From positions 27,966-91,965 of the IMG/VR virus record IMGVR_UViG_3300014204_000009: a stretch of DNA of 64,000 bases; one strand, given 5' to 3'. The notes under the pieces were generated by a model. It ran no database searches and was not told the DNA's origin. It saw only the letters and a list, made by a program, of their open reading frames with translations. Origin of the DNA: a virus. Taxonomy: Duplodnaviria > Caudoviricetes. A program made the position numbers and the translations under genes. Of this stretch, positions 10,216-19,718 are shown in pieces. Every line of letters starts with the position of its first letter. The first letter of the stretch is position 1.

Positions 10216-10669
10216 AATCTATTCTATTATTAAGTTTAGCCGTTATTCTTTTAATAGCATCTTCATCTGATTCTGTAATTTTAACATAAACTATACATTT
10301 ATGTTTAGGAATATAAACTCTTTTATATCCTTCTGGTAAAACATCTCCTGTATTAACTAGTTTAACAGAGTTTCTAAAAAGAGATGCTTTATCTTTTTTA
10401 CTTTCTATATAAATTCCCATATTATTTAAATTAGATTTATAAAATAAATCTTTAAAATTACATACATCCATATTACCAGATGTTCCATACATAGTAACTG
10501 TTCCTCTAAGAATAGAATCTTTTGGTCTAACTTCTTCAAGTATTCTTAAAAAAGCTTTCTTTTCTTCAGGATCATTAGTAAATGGACCACATTCATCATA
10601 AACATTTCCATCAGGAGGCCAAGCAGCTTTTCTTATAGCATCTGCAGAACCATCTAGTATATCATCCAT
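10187..10669 (-). CDS. Hypothetical protein with a TerL-ATPase-like fragment
   Basis: YDECGPF...GTVTMYGTSGNMD..FKDLFY resembles the TerL segment FEESGKL...GTIRVYGTAGVED..FAHCFY. Confidence 0.5.
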   Translation of the reverse strand: MDDILDGSADAIRKAAWPPDGNVYDECGPFTNDPEEKKAFLRILEEVRPKDSILRGTVTMYGTSGNMDVCNFKDLFYKSNLNNMGIYIESKKDKASLFRNSVKLVNTGDVLPEGYKRVYIPKHKCIVYVKITESDEDAIKRITAKLNNRIDYGKDTSEDL

Positions 10670-10670
10670 A

Positions 10671-11744
10671 TTAATTCTTTATAGCAGTTTGTAATTCAGG
10701 ACTTCCAAACATATTAACTGCAAGTCTTAAAGCTTCTGTATTAAAGTTATATTCATTTCCAAATAAAACATTATTCATTTTAACTTCTTCATTTTTATAA
10801 TCTTTTACATTTTGAATATAACCAGCAATAGCATTATAAGCACCAAATACAGTCCCTTTAGTAGTAATCATATCTTGTCCAACTCCAGCAATATTATACT
10901 CTTTAATTGAATTTATAATATTCTTTGTTTTAGTAGATATAATTTCAGTGTCAACATAATCTAATTTCCAATCTTGTGTAGCAAGTTGTTCTAGCTGTCC
11001 ATCATTTAACATCATAGCATAAAAGTACTGATGAGCATACTTTTCCTCAATCTTAAGATTAACTAAAGCATTGAATAGTTCTTCATTTTTATTAATTAAA
11101 CTAGAAGTAATTCCCATTAATTCTTGAGCTTTCTTAAGACTTTCATGAGCAGATGCTGTATGTTTAATTTTAATCTTGTGTTTACCAGACATCATGGCAG
11201 CGGCAAGGGTGTTTGCACAAACAACTCTAACATGAGTTACCATAGCTTCTATAGCAGCAGTACCATCATGAGACATTGTAAGTAGTATATAATTATCAAT
11301 TAAATCATCTTTACCAATTCTCATATGATAGGGAAGTTTAGCTGTAATAAATATAGTTTCTCCATTACCAAGAGCTCCTGCGGTTTCATATATAGCAGCT
11401 CCCTCATGTACAATAGAATCAAAGAATTCAAATGCTTCTGTATTTTGTACAACTTCATATCTTCCCTTAACTATTCCAAATGGAAGACCAGTATCTTGTC
11501 TATAAGTTGCAAAATAATTAGGAATTTCAACTCCTTTCTTTTGTAATTTAATAGTAATATCATTAGGGTATTTACCCCATATTGGAAGTTTACCTACTTG
11601 AAAGTCTAAATTAGCTAATTCAATAGCTTCTTTACTTGTCATAGCAGACTCTACAATTTGACCTAATCCATGCCAAGGTACTTCCTTAGCACTAGCAAAA
11701 CTATAAGTGTTTTTAATAGAATTAAAATTAATGTTTGCTGGCAT
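10671..11744 (-). CDS. DUF932 (TIGR03299-like) phage/plasmid protein
   Basis: PWHGLG, YEVVQNTEAF, ETAGAL.NG, SHDGT, RVVCANT. Confidence 0.9.
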   Translation of the reverse strand: MPANINFNSIKNTYSFASAKEVPWHGLGQIVESAMTSKEAIELANLDFQVGKLPIWGKYPNDITIKLQKKGVEIPNYFATYRQDTGLPFGIVKGRYEVVQNTEAFEFFDSIVHEGAAIYETAGALGNGETIFITAKLPYHMRIGKDDLIDNYILLTMSHDGTAAIEAMVTHVRVVCANTLAAAMMSGKHKIKIKHTASAHESLKKAQELMGITSSLINKNEELFNALVNLKIEEKYAHQYFYAMMLNDGQLEQLATQDWKLDYVDTEIISTKTKNIINSIKEYNIAGVGQDMITTKGTVFGAYNAIAGYIQNVKDYKNEEVKMNNVLFGNEYNFNTEALRLAVNMFGSPELQTAIKN

Positions 11745-11747
11745 AGT

Positions 11748-12041
11748 TTAAGATTTTATAAATAGTTCATTAAATAATATACTTTTGATAGGAATAAAAT
11801 AAGTATTACTTGCTTGTAATATATAATCTCCTGATTCTATTGAAGTATCATACCCCATTTCTTTATCTTGAGGAGTCATAAAAAAATATAACTCGGCAGG
11901 ATCGTTAGAATTATTATAATTAGGTGGAAAATCATCAGCATATTGATCTTTTAATATAGATTTAATTTCTTCTATATTACTAATTGATCCTGTAAATTGA
12001 ATAGCATTTATACTATTAGTTCGTAATTGAAAGATTTCCAT
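11748..12041 (-). CDS. Paralog family member 4
   Basis: INAIQFTGSISNIEEIK..GDYILQ..FNELF. Confidence 0.65.
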   Translation of the reverse strand: MEIFQLRTNSINAIQFTGSISNIEEIKSILKDQYADDFPPNYNNSNDPAELYFFMTPQDKEMGYDTSIESGDYILQASNTYFIPIKSILFNELFIKS

Positions 12042-12047
12042 AGTTAT

Positions 12048-12350
12048 TTAATTTATAGTTTCCCAAGGTTCTAAATCATCTAATTTAACACTAAATACTT
12101 GATTAGTATCTAATTGCCCTAATCCCATTTCATCCATTACTCCACCTTTACCTGTCTTTTGAACAACTACTGTTACTTCATCAATGGTATAATTATCTTT
12201 AATTGGTTCTTCAAAAGATATTATATAACATTGTTTTTCAGTATCTTTAAATTTATAAAGACAAATAGGTGGAAGTTTAAGAATTGCTTCTTGAATAATA
12301 GGTGGTCTTGTTTTAAACCACGTATTTTGTTTAAGTTCTTCTAGTGTCAT
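12048..12350 (-). CDS. Hypothetical protein
   Basis: WFKTRPPIIQ..LPP..VFSVKLDDL; in operon. Confidence 0.6.
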   Translation of the reverse strand: MTLEELKQNTWFKTRPPIIQEAILKLPPICLYKFKDTEKQCYIISFEEPIKDNYTIDEVTVVVQKTGKGGVMDEMGLGQLDTNQVFSVKLDDLEPWETIN

Positions 12351-12353
12351 AGT

Positions 12354-12641
12354 TTAATTTTCTCTAAATATGTTAATAATATGTTTTATATTAATATCTA
12401 AAACTTGTTTAGTTTCATATATATCATCTTTAAGTAATGTATGAGTTTTCAATATAAGAGGAATATTAGGAATAGTCTTATATATAAACTCATACATACA
12501 CTCAATTGGCATATATTCATTAGTAGTCTTATAATAAAATAATGTTCTATCTCCTTCTTTTATAATTCTAAAAGCAAGAAACTCATCATATAGAATATCA
12601 TAAGTTAAAGGATCTTTACAAGTATATATAATACTATACAT
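12354..12641 (-). CDS. Hypothetical protein
   Basis: ORF in operon. Confidence 0.55.
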   Translation of the reverse strand: MYSIIYTCKDPLTYDILYDEFLAFRIIKEGDRTLFYYKTTNEYMPIECMYEFIYKTIPNIPLILKTHTLLKDDIYETKQVLDINIKHIINIFREN

Positions 12642-13244
12642 TTATTTAATTGTTAAAGAAGCTTTAGTAATTAAACTTGCTCCATTTACTTCTATTTCTT
12701 TTTCTATATCTTCTTTAATTAATGTTTTAGAAATGTTTATATTACCAATATCAATATTTATACCATATTGCGATGCTAAAGTTTGAACTTGTCTAGCTTC
12801 TTCATAAGGTAAAGTTTTAATAGAAGCAGTACAATATTTAATATTATTAGTATTTGCAATAAACTTCTCTTCATCTGCAATTTCGACACTTTGTCTATTA
12901 GTAGTCCAGAGTTTAGCAATTAATAAATCAACTTTCTTATTACCAGATTTACCATCTTCTCCAAAGAGAATAACAGCATTCTTAAGTGTATTTTTAAGTC
13001 TTTCAATTTTATTTAATCTACCTGCTTTAAGATCATTTAATCTTTCAATTTCAGTATCAATAAAACTAGTTTCTGATTCTGTCATTCTAATGATATGAAC
13101 ATAAGCAGTAGCTTTAGCAATAAAGTCTTCTTTATTTATAGCAAGTCTTTCTTCTAATTCAGGGGTTAATTCACCTTCTGATTCTTCTAGTTCAGCAACT
13201 ATATTTAGATATTCTTCTGAAATATCATATATACTTTTATTCAT
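12642..13244 (-). CDS. Siphovirus Gp157-family protein
   Basis: SIYDIS..GELTPELEERL..EIERL..K..KTLIKEDI..EVNGASL. Confidence 0.85.
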   Translation of the reverse strand: MNKSIYDISEEYLNIVAELEESEGELTPELEERLAINKEDFIAKATAYVHIIRMTESETSFIDTEIERLNDLKAGRLNKIERLKNTLKNAVILFGEDGKSGNKKVDLLIAKLWTTNRQSVEIADEEKFIANTNNIKYCTASIKTLPYEEARQVQTLASQYGINIDIGNINISKTLIKEDIEKEIEVNGASLITKASLTIK

Positions 13245-13770
13245 GTTCTTCTGTATTTATATTAAAACTAGGTTTATCATAAAACAATTTACTAGGAACT
13301 TTTTGATTAATAAATATATTAACATTAGTTTTAAATTCATCTAATGTTCCTGTATTATTAACTTTATAATTGTATTTAAAGTCTTGTGGAAGATAATTAA
13401 CATAATCCCATTTTAATCCACGATCAATGTATACAACTTTAACCTTTTTAGGATATGTTCTTCTAATGATAGCAATATCAGTAGGATTATTTACTTTTAA
13501 AAAGAATATAGTCTTATCAGTATCAAGTCGTTTAATCTTCTTAATCATATGATAAGTTACAAGATTAGAATATACCAATAACTCTTTAATTTTATTAATA
13601 TATCCAATCTGTCTTTTAGTAGGTTCTAAAGGAAACATATCCTTTATTAAACTATTTAGTTCTGTCATATATGAAATAGTAACAGATCGTCTAACTTTAC
13701 TATGAATAAATTTAGCAAATGTATCTCTACCTGAATTAGGAAGTCCTGTTAGAATAAATATAGCTTTCAT
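13237..13770 (-). CDS. Deoxynucleoside monophosphate kinase-like P-loop protein (atypical Walker A)
   Basis: LTGLPNSGRDT; C-terminal VNNTGTLDEF. Confidence 0.65.
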   Translation of the reverse strand: MKAIFILTGLPNSGRDTFAKFIHSKVRRSVTISYMTELNSLIKDMFPLEPTKRQIGYINKIKELLVYSNLVTYHMIKKIKRLDTDKTIFFLKVNNPTDIAIIRRTYPKKVKVVYIDRGLKWDYVNYLPQDFKYNYKVNNTGTLDEFKTNVNIFINQKVPSKLFYDKPSFNINTEEHE

Positions 13771-14063
13771 TATTTAGGTTTTATATATTCAATTGTATTA
13801 TCTTTTATTTTCCATATATAAGTTTCATTATCTAATTTTGAAGTATCTATTCCAGCCACTAAAGTTTCAATAGGAAAGGAATCAAGATTACTATATAATT
13901 TAATAGCACCTTCAAAGAATAAGTGTACTAATTCCCCTCTTAATCTGGCTATCTTTCTTTCTCTTTTCCATTTCTTCTTTTGTTGAATTTGTATTAGTTT
14001 ATATAGATATAGTTGTTTTCTTCGTAGTCGTCTTATCTTCTTATTTAGTTTATTTTGTTTCAT
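13770..14063 (-). CDS. Hypothetical basic protein
   Basis: Lys/Arg-rich N-terminus; VAGID segment. Confidence 0.55.
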   Translation of the reverse strand: MKQNKLNKKIRRLRRKQLYLYKLIQIQQKKKWKRERKIARLRGELVHLFFEGAIKLYSNLDSFPIETLVAGIDTSKLDNETYIWKIKDNTIEYIKPK

Positions 14064-14064
14064 A

Positions 14065-14236
14065 TTAATAATTTATATCATCAAATAAAATAGGTATTTT
14101 AGATTTAAATTCATCTAATAGAGGACACATAACTTCACGCATAGAAGGATGTGCTGTTTTAGCTGTTCTAAGTTTAAATATATGTCTCCACATTAATAGG
14201 AGTAAGTATTTTGTAATAAGGTTTAATTAGTTTCAT
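14065..14236 (-). pseudogene. thyX: thyX remnant with large internal deletion
   Basis: ThyX-like N-terminus MKLIKPYYKILTPIN joined out of frame to ThyX-like C-terminus WRHIFKLRTAKTAHPSMREVMCPLLDEFKSKIPILFDDI; no RHR motif. Confidence 0.8.
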
Positions 14237-14237
14237 A

Positions 14238-14477
14238 TTATTTATTTATTGTATCTCCAATATTATATAATTTACCTTTAAAGAAAGCATCTTTAGATAT
14301 TTCTAAAGTAGTATGATTTCCATTAGCATCTTTACATGTATAAATAGTATTACCCCATCCATCCATATTTATTCTTACTATAACTAATGGAAATTTAGGC
14401 ATACTCCATAAAGATAGTAATACACAAAATGTAATCATTCCTATAAATATTAATATTACTTGATATTTAAATTTCAT
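14238..14477 (-). CDS. Small membrane-anchored protein
   Basis: N-terminal hydrophobic helix; C-terminal YNIGDTI. Confidence 0.6.
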   Translation of the reverse strand: MKFKYQVILIFIGMITFCVLLSLWSMPKFPLVIVRINMDGWGNTIYTCKDANGNHTTLEISKDAFFKGKLYNIGDTINK

Positions 14478-14739
14478 CAGTTATTCTTTTATAATTTTTA
14501 CCATCATATACAATTCTCATAGGCATTCCAAAATCAAGATTAGTTATTTCATCTCTATCTTTAGCTTCTATTAATTCTTTCTTTATTCTAACTAATCTAT
14601 TAGGGGAGTTAATCTCTGATTTATTCTTATTAATAGTTGTTACTATTCCTTCATTTTCAAGAGTACAAGTAACCATGTATTCTTTATTTGTACCTTTGTG
14701 CATAAAAGAATAATATGAATGTACTATAAATTCTTCCAT
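14467..14739 (-). CDS. Hypothetical protein
   Basis: ORF in operon. Confidence 0.55.
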   Translation of the reverse strand: MEEFIVHSYYSFMHKGTNKEYMVTCTLENEGIVTTINKNKSEINSPNRLVRIKKELIEAKDRDEITNLDFGMPMRIVYDGKNYKRITDEI

Positions 14740-14742
14740 ATA

Positions 14743-14946
14743 TTAATCTTTTATTTTATTAATAACTAATATTCTCTCACTAGTAGGAATATGATTATCT
14801 AATGAACTATTTTGTACAAGTGCATCATTAATCCTAAGTTTTACATTTAATCTCCCAATTTGATCTTCAGCATCTATTTCATCTATAGCTTCTATATCAA
14901 TAGTACCTGTAAATATATATGATATTTTAGTTCTAAATATAGACAT
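14743..14946 (-). CDS. Hypothetical protein
   Basis: ORF in operon. Confidence 0.5.
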   Translation of the reverse strand: MSIFRTKISYIFTGTIDIEAIDEIDAEDQIGRLNVKLRINDALVQNSSLDNHIPTSERILVINKIKD

Positions 14947-14947
14947 A

Positions 14948-15370
14948 CTAAGATATATTATTTATAATACCTTTATGATTTTCTATATCTAGTGCTAAAG
15001 GAATTAACCAACTAAGATTAGGATATATATAAGAATGGTTTATATTAATATTACTTGTTGGAACAATTACTATCATTTCATCTGTGGTAGTTGTTACAAA
15101 TTCTATAGTATTAATACTATAAAAGAAATATACAATACCTCTATCAAACTCAATCCTAGCAAATTGTTTCCAATCATTTATATCTAATCCTGCTTCTTCT
15201 TTGAATTCTCTTTTCATAGCTTCTTTAGGAGTTTCATTTTCTTCAATATGTCCTCCTATACCATTAAGTTTTCCTATTTGCCATTCGGGTCTATTTTTCT
15301 CTATTAGTACAACTTGTTTCTTATCATTAGAAAATAGAAATCCTACTACATATTCAGTTTTCTTATTCAT
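14948..15370 (-). CDS. NUDIX hydrolase (MutT-like)
   Basis: GGHIEENETPKEAMKREFKEEAGL Nudix box. Confidence 0.93.
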   Translation of the reverse strand: MNKKTEYVVGFLFSNDKKQVVLIEKNRPEWQIGKLNGIGGHIEENETPKEAMKREFKEEAGLDINDWKQFARIEFDRGIVYFFYSINTIEFVTTTTDEMIVIVPTSNININHSYIYPNLSWLIPLALDIENHKGIINNIS

Positions 15371-15371
15371 A

Positions 15372-16625
15372 TTATTCAGGTATTAAATCATTTTTATCAA
15401 AATCAGCTTTATCACGTATTGTAACTACATTAGAATGAAATGGAACTTCTTTAACTCCACTTCTTTCATAGAATTCTACAGTAGCATATTGTCCAATATA
15501 CTTACTCTTATTAAGTAAATACTCTTGTCGTTGAGTTTCATCACCATAAGGAACACTTTCAAATGTAGAATCATTAATATCATTATGAAGAACAAAACAA
15601 ATATAACTTCTATTACCAGTATCTTCTTTAAGAATGATATCATTAATTATACATTCTGTATTCTTTTTATGTTTAAGTTTAAGCATAGTAGAAGGTCTTC
15701 CACCAAAGTTATACATTGCTTCCATATTTCTAAATATAGAACCTTCATACCCAATCTTAAGATATTTTTCATTCCATATTATAGCATCTTCATATGACAT
15801 ACATACATTATGATCTAAATATATAATATTACCAGATTGATGATATGTATAATCCATTACATTATTAAATAATAGGATATCTCTATCTTTCTGAATAATA
15901 TTAGGAACACTTAAATCAAAAGTATAAAATTTAACTTTAGTAGGATTTAATGAACATTTATTTATCTTTCCATCTATTTTAAAAGGACAACTGGCTTTAA
16001 TCTGATTTAATTTAAGTTCATGAGAATATAATTCACCATCATAAGCTATTCTATCTCCTGTATTACGATTTATAAAATAATCTTCTCTTAAAGATTCAGT
16101 AATATGTGGCATAAAATATTCTATTCCCTCTTTGCTTCTAAGAATAGCAGAAGGACAAGTTTGTTTAAACATATCTTCTCCAATAGTATAATCATCTTCC
16201 CATCTAAGTACTGCTCTTAATCCATTAAGTTTAGGTTGTTGAATACAAGGAAACCCAATCTTTTTAGTAAGCTTTTCTTTACTAAAATCCTTTTGAGCCT
16301 TCATAGGTTTTAAAATCTCATTAATATCAGTAATCAAAGGAGAAATATCTTCCAATCTCTCCTTATAACCTTGTTTAAGTTTAAGTAACCATTCAGCTTC
16401 AGCTTCTTTTTTAGCTTGTTCTAATGGACTAGTTTCATTTGCTCTACCTATGTTAACTCCATATACTTCCTTTTGAATATTAGTTTGTTTACCATTCAAT
16501 TGACCATATGAAGTATTGATAATACCACATACTCCATTATAAAGATAACTAATAGTCCAAGTTAAAGGATTGTATAATCCATATTTATAAAGAATTGGAA
16601 GTTTAGTTACATTACCTGTTTCCAT
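15372..16625 (-). CDS. lig: ATP-dependent DNA ligase
   Basis: QPKLNGLR (KxxGxR), YDGELY, GYEGSIFR, LKLK, OB-fold TVEFYE. Confidence 0.92.
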   Translation of the reverse strand: METGNVTKLPILYKYGLYNPLTWTISYLYNGVCGIINTSYGQLNGKQTNIQKEVYGVNIGRANETSPLEQAKKEAEAEWLLKLKQGYKERLEDISPLITDINEILKPMKAQKDFSKEKLTKKIGFPCIQQPKLNGLRAVLRWEDDYTIGEDMFKQTCPSAILRSKEGIEYFMPHITESLREDYFINRNTGDRIAYDGELYSHELKLNQIKASCPFKIDGKINKCSLNPTKVKFYTFDLSVPNIIQKDRDILLFNNVMDYTYHQSGNIIYLDHNVCMSYEDAIIWNEKYLKIGYEGSIFRNMEAMYNFGGRPSTMLKLKHKKNTECIINDIILKEDTGNRSYICFVLHNDINDSTFESVPYGDETQRQEYLLNKSKYIGQYATVEFYERSGVKEVPFHSNVVTIRDKADFDKNDLIPE

Positions 16626-16815
16626 AATCTTTATCTTTAAGTAAAATTTCAGCTATTATCCAGCTTGTATATCCAATTCCAATTCCAGTAAGAAGATTAA
16701 GTATAAGATTAAAAGTGGAAATATTATTACTTATAGTATTTATATCATCTGATATATTAGCTATAGGTAAACCTATACAAAATGTTAGTATAATTTTATT
16801 TATAAGTCTTTTCAT
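16612..16815 (-). CDS. Small membrane protein
   Basis: Two hydrophobic segments. Confidence 0.5.
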   Translation of the reverse strand: MKRLINKIILTFCIGLPIANISDDINTISNNISTFNLILNLLTGIGIGYTSWIIAEILLKDKDYGNR

Positions 16816-16816
16816 G

Positions 16817-17098
16817 TCATAATTCTTTAAACTGTTTATCTAGTTTATCAACTTTATCTTGTTGTTCTTTTAAGATAACTTCCATTAAATGTTTAAATCT
16901 CTTAATTTGTTCTTTATTCTTAAGGTCTAATTTAATATCAACTAATGTATGTTGATTAAAATCATCATATGTGTATTTAATATAAATAGATATAGGAGCT
17001 GTTACATGAGCTGCTATATTTAATTCCATCAACCACCTAATTGCATTGGTTAGTTCAGGATATATTCTATTTGCTTCTTCTAATTTTGTAGTATCCAT
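16817..17098 (-). CDS. Hypothetical protein
   Basis: ORF in operon. Confidence 0.55.
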   Translation of the reverse strand: MDTTKLEEANRIYPELTNAIRWLMELNIAAHVTAPISIYIKYTYDDFNQHTLVDIKLDLKNKEQIKRFKHLMEVILKEQQDKVDKLDKQFKEL

Positions 17099-17101
17099 AT
17101 A

Positions 17102-17551
17102 TTAAATATTAAAATATAATTTAAGTATTTCAGGAGTAATATGAGTCATAGATTTAATCTGCTCTAAAGCTTTTAAATCTTCATCAGTAAGAATAAGTTG
17201 TATATTTCGATCTTCTGTATTATATATATTTAGACTACCTATACTAATTTTATCATTATCTTTAATTAATAAATGAAGTAAACAAGTATAGTTAATCATA
17301 TCAATAATTCTACCTTCTATAGGTTCACTTTCTACTTTACCATCTTTAGCAAAATTAGTAAGTGCATTCCAATGTTTAGATGCAAATACTGCCCATACTT
17401 GAAAAGGAGATATACCTAAATCTTTAGCAATCTTCTTAAATCCTGCAAGTGGATCACCATCAGTAGCATAATCTTTATTTTTAACTTTTAGAAGATCAAC
17501 TGATTTAGCAATTAAATCTTCATGTTCTTTAAGAAATGTATCTAAATTCAT
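17102..17551 (-). CDS. Nucleotide-modification-associated domain protein (DUF1599/Nmad1-like)
   Basis: KNKDYA..DPLAGF..KH..E.IEGRIIDMINY. Confidence 0.7.
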   Translation of the reverse strand: MNLDTFLKEHEDLIAKSVDLLKVKNKDYATDGDPLAGFKKIAKDLGISPFQVWAVFASKHWNALTNFAKDGKVESEPIEGRIIDMINYTCLLHLLIKDNDKISIGSLNIYNTEDRNIQLILTDEDLKALEQIKSMTHITPEILKLYFNI

Positions 17552-17778
17552 AATTCAGGATTTAAGTTTTCTTCAATAAATCTTATAAATAATTCATTTG
17601 TAGTAAGTGGATAAGTCATTGTTTTATAATTAGTAGTATTGTACCACTTATCTGTTTCAGCAAATTCATTCTTTCTAGTTTCATATTTAGCCCACATACC
17701 TTTACTTATCCATTCAGCAAATTTTAATGCTACATGAATTGGTATTCTAGTATATTCAAGATGTACTCTAGGTATCAT
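17548..17778 (-). CDS. Hypothetical protein
   Basis: KFAEW..TTNELF.RF. Confidence 0.55.
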   Translation of the reverse strand: MIPRVHLEYTRIPIHVALKFAEWISKGMWAKYETRKNEFAETDKWYNTTNYKTMTYPLTTNELFIRFIEENLNPEL

Positions 17779-18014
17779 AATCTATCTATATATAAGTATT
17801 TAACTAATTTTCTAAGTAATGAGTATTCTCCAGTAGTGAAACCAATAGTACGATATCCAGATACATCATGTATAGCAATATCAAAACCTTCACCATTAGA
17901 CCATTCAGTAACTTCTATAAAATCTCCTTTTCCTTCTTTAGCAAAAGGACAATATCCAGATAATTCAGAAAATACTGTTTTTCTTTCATTAGTTTTAAAG
18001 TTTATAGTATTCAT
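17775..18014 (-). CDS. Conserved small phage protein
   Basis: DFIEVTEWSNGEGFDI motif. Confidence 0.6.
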   Translation of the reverse strand: MNTINFKTNERKTVFSELSGYCPFAKEGKGDFIEVTEWSNGEGFDIAIHDVSGYRTIGFTTGEYSLLRKLVKYLYIDRL

Positions 18015-18018
18015 AACA

Positions 18019-18933
18019 TTAGTTTATATAAATTAAGTATAATCTTAATACAATAAAATTTATAATTCTTCTAATTATAGAAGATTTATATGGTTGTCTA
18101 AACTGTTTCATAATATAAGGAATAGATTTTGTACCAGGATAAAACATAGTATCATCTATATTATCTACAATCTTACTATCTAATCTCTTTGAATTTTTAC
18201 TATTAGTTCCTGAATTATCATTTCCAATATGACGTACTAAAGATTCTCTTGGATAAATAGTTACATTATGTAGAACATATTCTTCAAAAGTTGCTCTAAT
18301 AGCCCAAGAATCAAGCTTTCTAATTATACTTTGAAATAGCATTGGAGTTAAATCAATTCCTCCAATGTTAAAAGCTTTTCGTGAGCTAGAAGATTTAATA
18401 AATGTATTAAACATACTAATATTCCAATCTATAGTATTCCATTTATATTTCCATGTTGCCCATCCAATAGAACAAAATCTAGGACTAGCATATGTAGAAA
18501 ATCTATAGTTTTTATAGAATTTTATATTAGGTGAATAAGCTGAAATTGAGAATACATGTGTATAATAATAAAATACAAGAGCACTATTCATATAATCTAT
18601 AAAACCTGTAGATACTACTATATCATCCTCTAATACAATAATAACATCTCTAATAGATAATTCAGTAGTAACCGCATTTATTATATTATTAGATAATCCT
18701 CTATTATGTGATCTTTCAACTATTCTTATAGATTTAAATCCTGTAATAGAATAACAATATTCTTTAACTTTATTAACATTTATACGATCATTATCATTAT
18801 CTTTTGCTCCATCAATATAAATGATAACATTTGTATTTTCAGCATTATTACATCTTAATAAAGATTCTACAGTTTGTCTTATATGATAAGGTCTATTATA
18901 AGCAATAATTAAAATATCAGCAAATTCATTCAT
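18019..18933 (-). CDS. GT-A fold (family 2-like) glycosyltransferase
   Basis: IIAYNRP, YIDG, NRGLSNNII, IVLEDD (DxD-like), GWATWK, HIG.D.SG. Confidence 0.88.
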   Translation of the reverse strand: MNEFADILIIAYNRPYHIRQTVESLLRCNNAENTNVIIYIDGAKDNDNDRINVNKVKEYCYSITGFKSIRIVERSHNRGLSNNIINAVTTELSIRDVIIVLEDDIVVSTGFIDYMNSALVFYYYTHVFSISAYSPNIKFYKNYRFSTYASPRFCSIGWATWKYKWNTIDWNISMFNTFIKSSSSRKAFNIGGIDLTPMLFQSIIRKLDSWAIRATFEEYVLHNVTIYPRESLVRHIGNDNSGTNSKNSKRLDSKIVDNIDDTMFYPGTKSIPYIMKQFRQPYKSSIIRRIINFIVLRLYLIYIN

Positions 18934-18937
18934 ATCT

Positions 18938-19396
18938 TTATTTATTAATTATTCTATAATCCCATATAACTAAATCTGTAATTCTTTTTTTATTATCATC
19001 CAAATACCATACAGGATATTGTAGATATTCATCCCATATAATATAGCCATATATATAATAACAAGAATAATCATAATCCTCTCTAATATATATGTTAGTA
19101 TCTATGAATATATTAGACCTTATATATTTAATTTTAGTAGTATCACTTACTAACAATAAGGAAGAAGAAGTATCATAATGAATATAATCTTCTATAGGCA
19201 ATAATGTATCATAATGAATATAATCTTCTATAAGCCATAATGTATCATGGATAGTAATTAATTTATTAGTATCAAATTGCATATAGTAATTTGGTACTAT
19301 TAATATAGTATCACATTTTATATAATATAAACTATCTATATATTGTGATTTACAATTAAATCCTATAATAAGTAGTAGTATTAATATCTTTTTCAT
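18938..19396 (-). CDS. Secreted protein rich in D-[ST]-x sequons
   Basis: Likely start MKKILILLLIIGFNCKS|Q (Sec signal, Gln +1); DSL, DTI, DTL, DTL, DTT. Confidence 0.7.
   Translation of the reverse strand: MKKILILLLIIGFNCKSQYIDSLYYIKCDTILIVPNYYMQFDTNKLITIHDTLWLIEDYIHYDTLLPIEDYIHYDTSSSLLLVSDTTKIKYIRSNIFIDTNIYIREDYDYSCYYIYGYIIWDEYLQYPVWYLDDNKKRITDLVIWDYRIINK
19170..19248. repeat. 36-bp in-frame tandem duplication
   Basis: gtatcataatgaatataatcttctata(g/a)gc(a/c)ataat x2 plus partial; encodes DTL(W/L)(L/P)IEDYIHY. Confidence 0.9.
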
Positions 19397-19406
19397 CTTA
19401 TTGTTA

Positions 19407-19718
19407 TTATACATCAGAAGATTTATCTATATTTTCACTATTATGACCATGATATTCGTTTGCCCCACAAATATCACATCCCATACTACTTTTTTTAGGT
19501 TGTTGGTACTTGCGGAGGATGGTGAGTACTGTTTGAATGGCTTGATTCCATTCTTCCAATACAGTAGTATCTATTAGCCCCTCGATCTCCTTAATTATGG
19601 CGGGGAGGTTGGATTCCTGAGAACATTCATTCCATACTTGTAATAGTGCTTGCTTGACACTTACACTATCTGGGTAGGCTGTGCTTTCTTGTATCTCTTT
19701 AATTCTATCTGAATTCAT
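19407..19718 (-). CDS. Hypothetical protein with C-terminal CxxC/His motif
   Basis: CDICGANEYHGH; locally higher GC. Confidence 0.55.
   Translation of the reverse strand: MNSDRIKEIQESTAYPDSVSVKQALLQVWNECSQESNLPAIIKEIEGLIDTTVLEEWNQAIQTVLTILRKYQQPKKSSMGCDICGANEYHGHNSENIDKSSDV

Noticed and set aside
19170-19248. CRISPR-like mini-array
   Set aside because: Repeats are adjacent with no spacers and are in frame within a CDS
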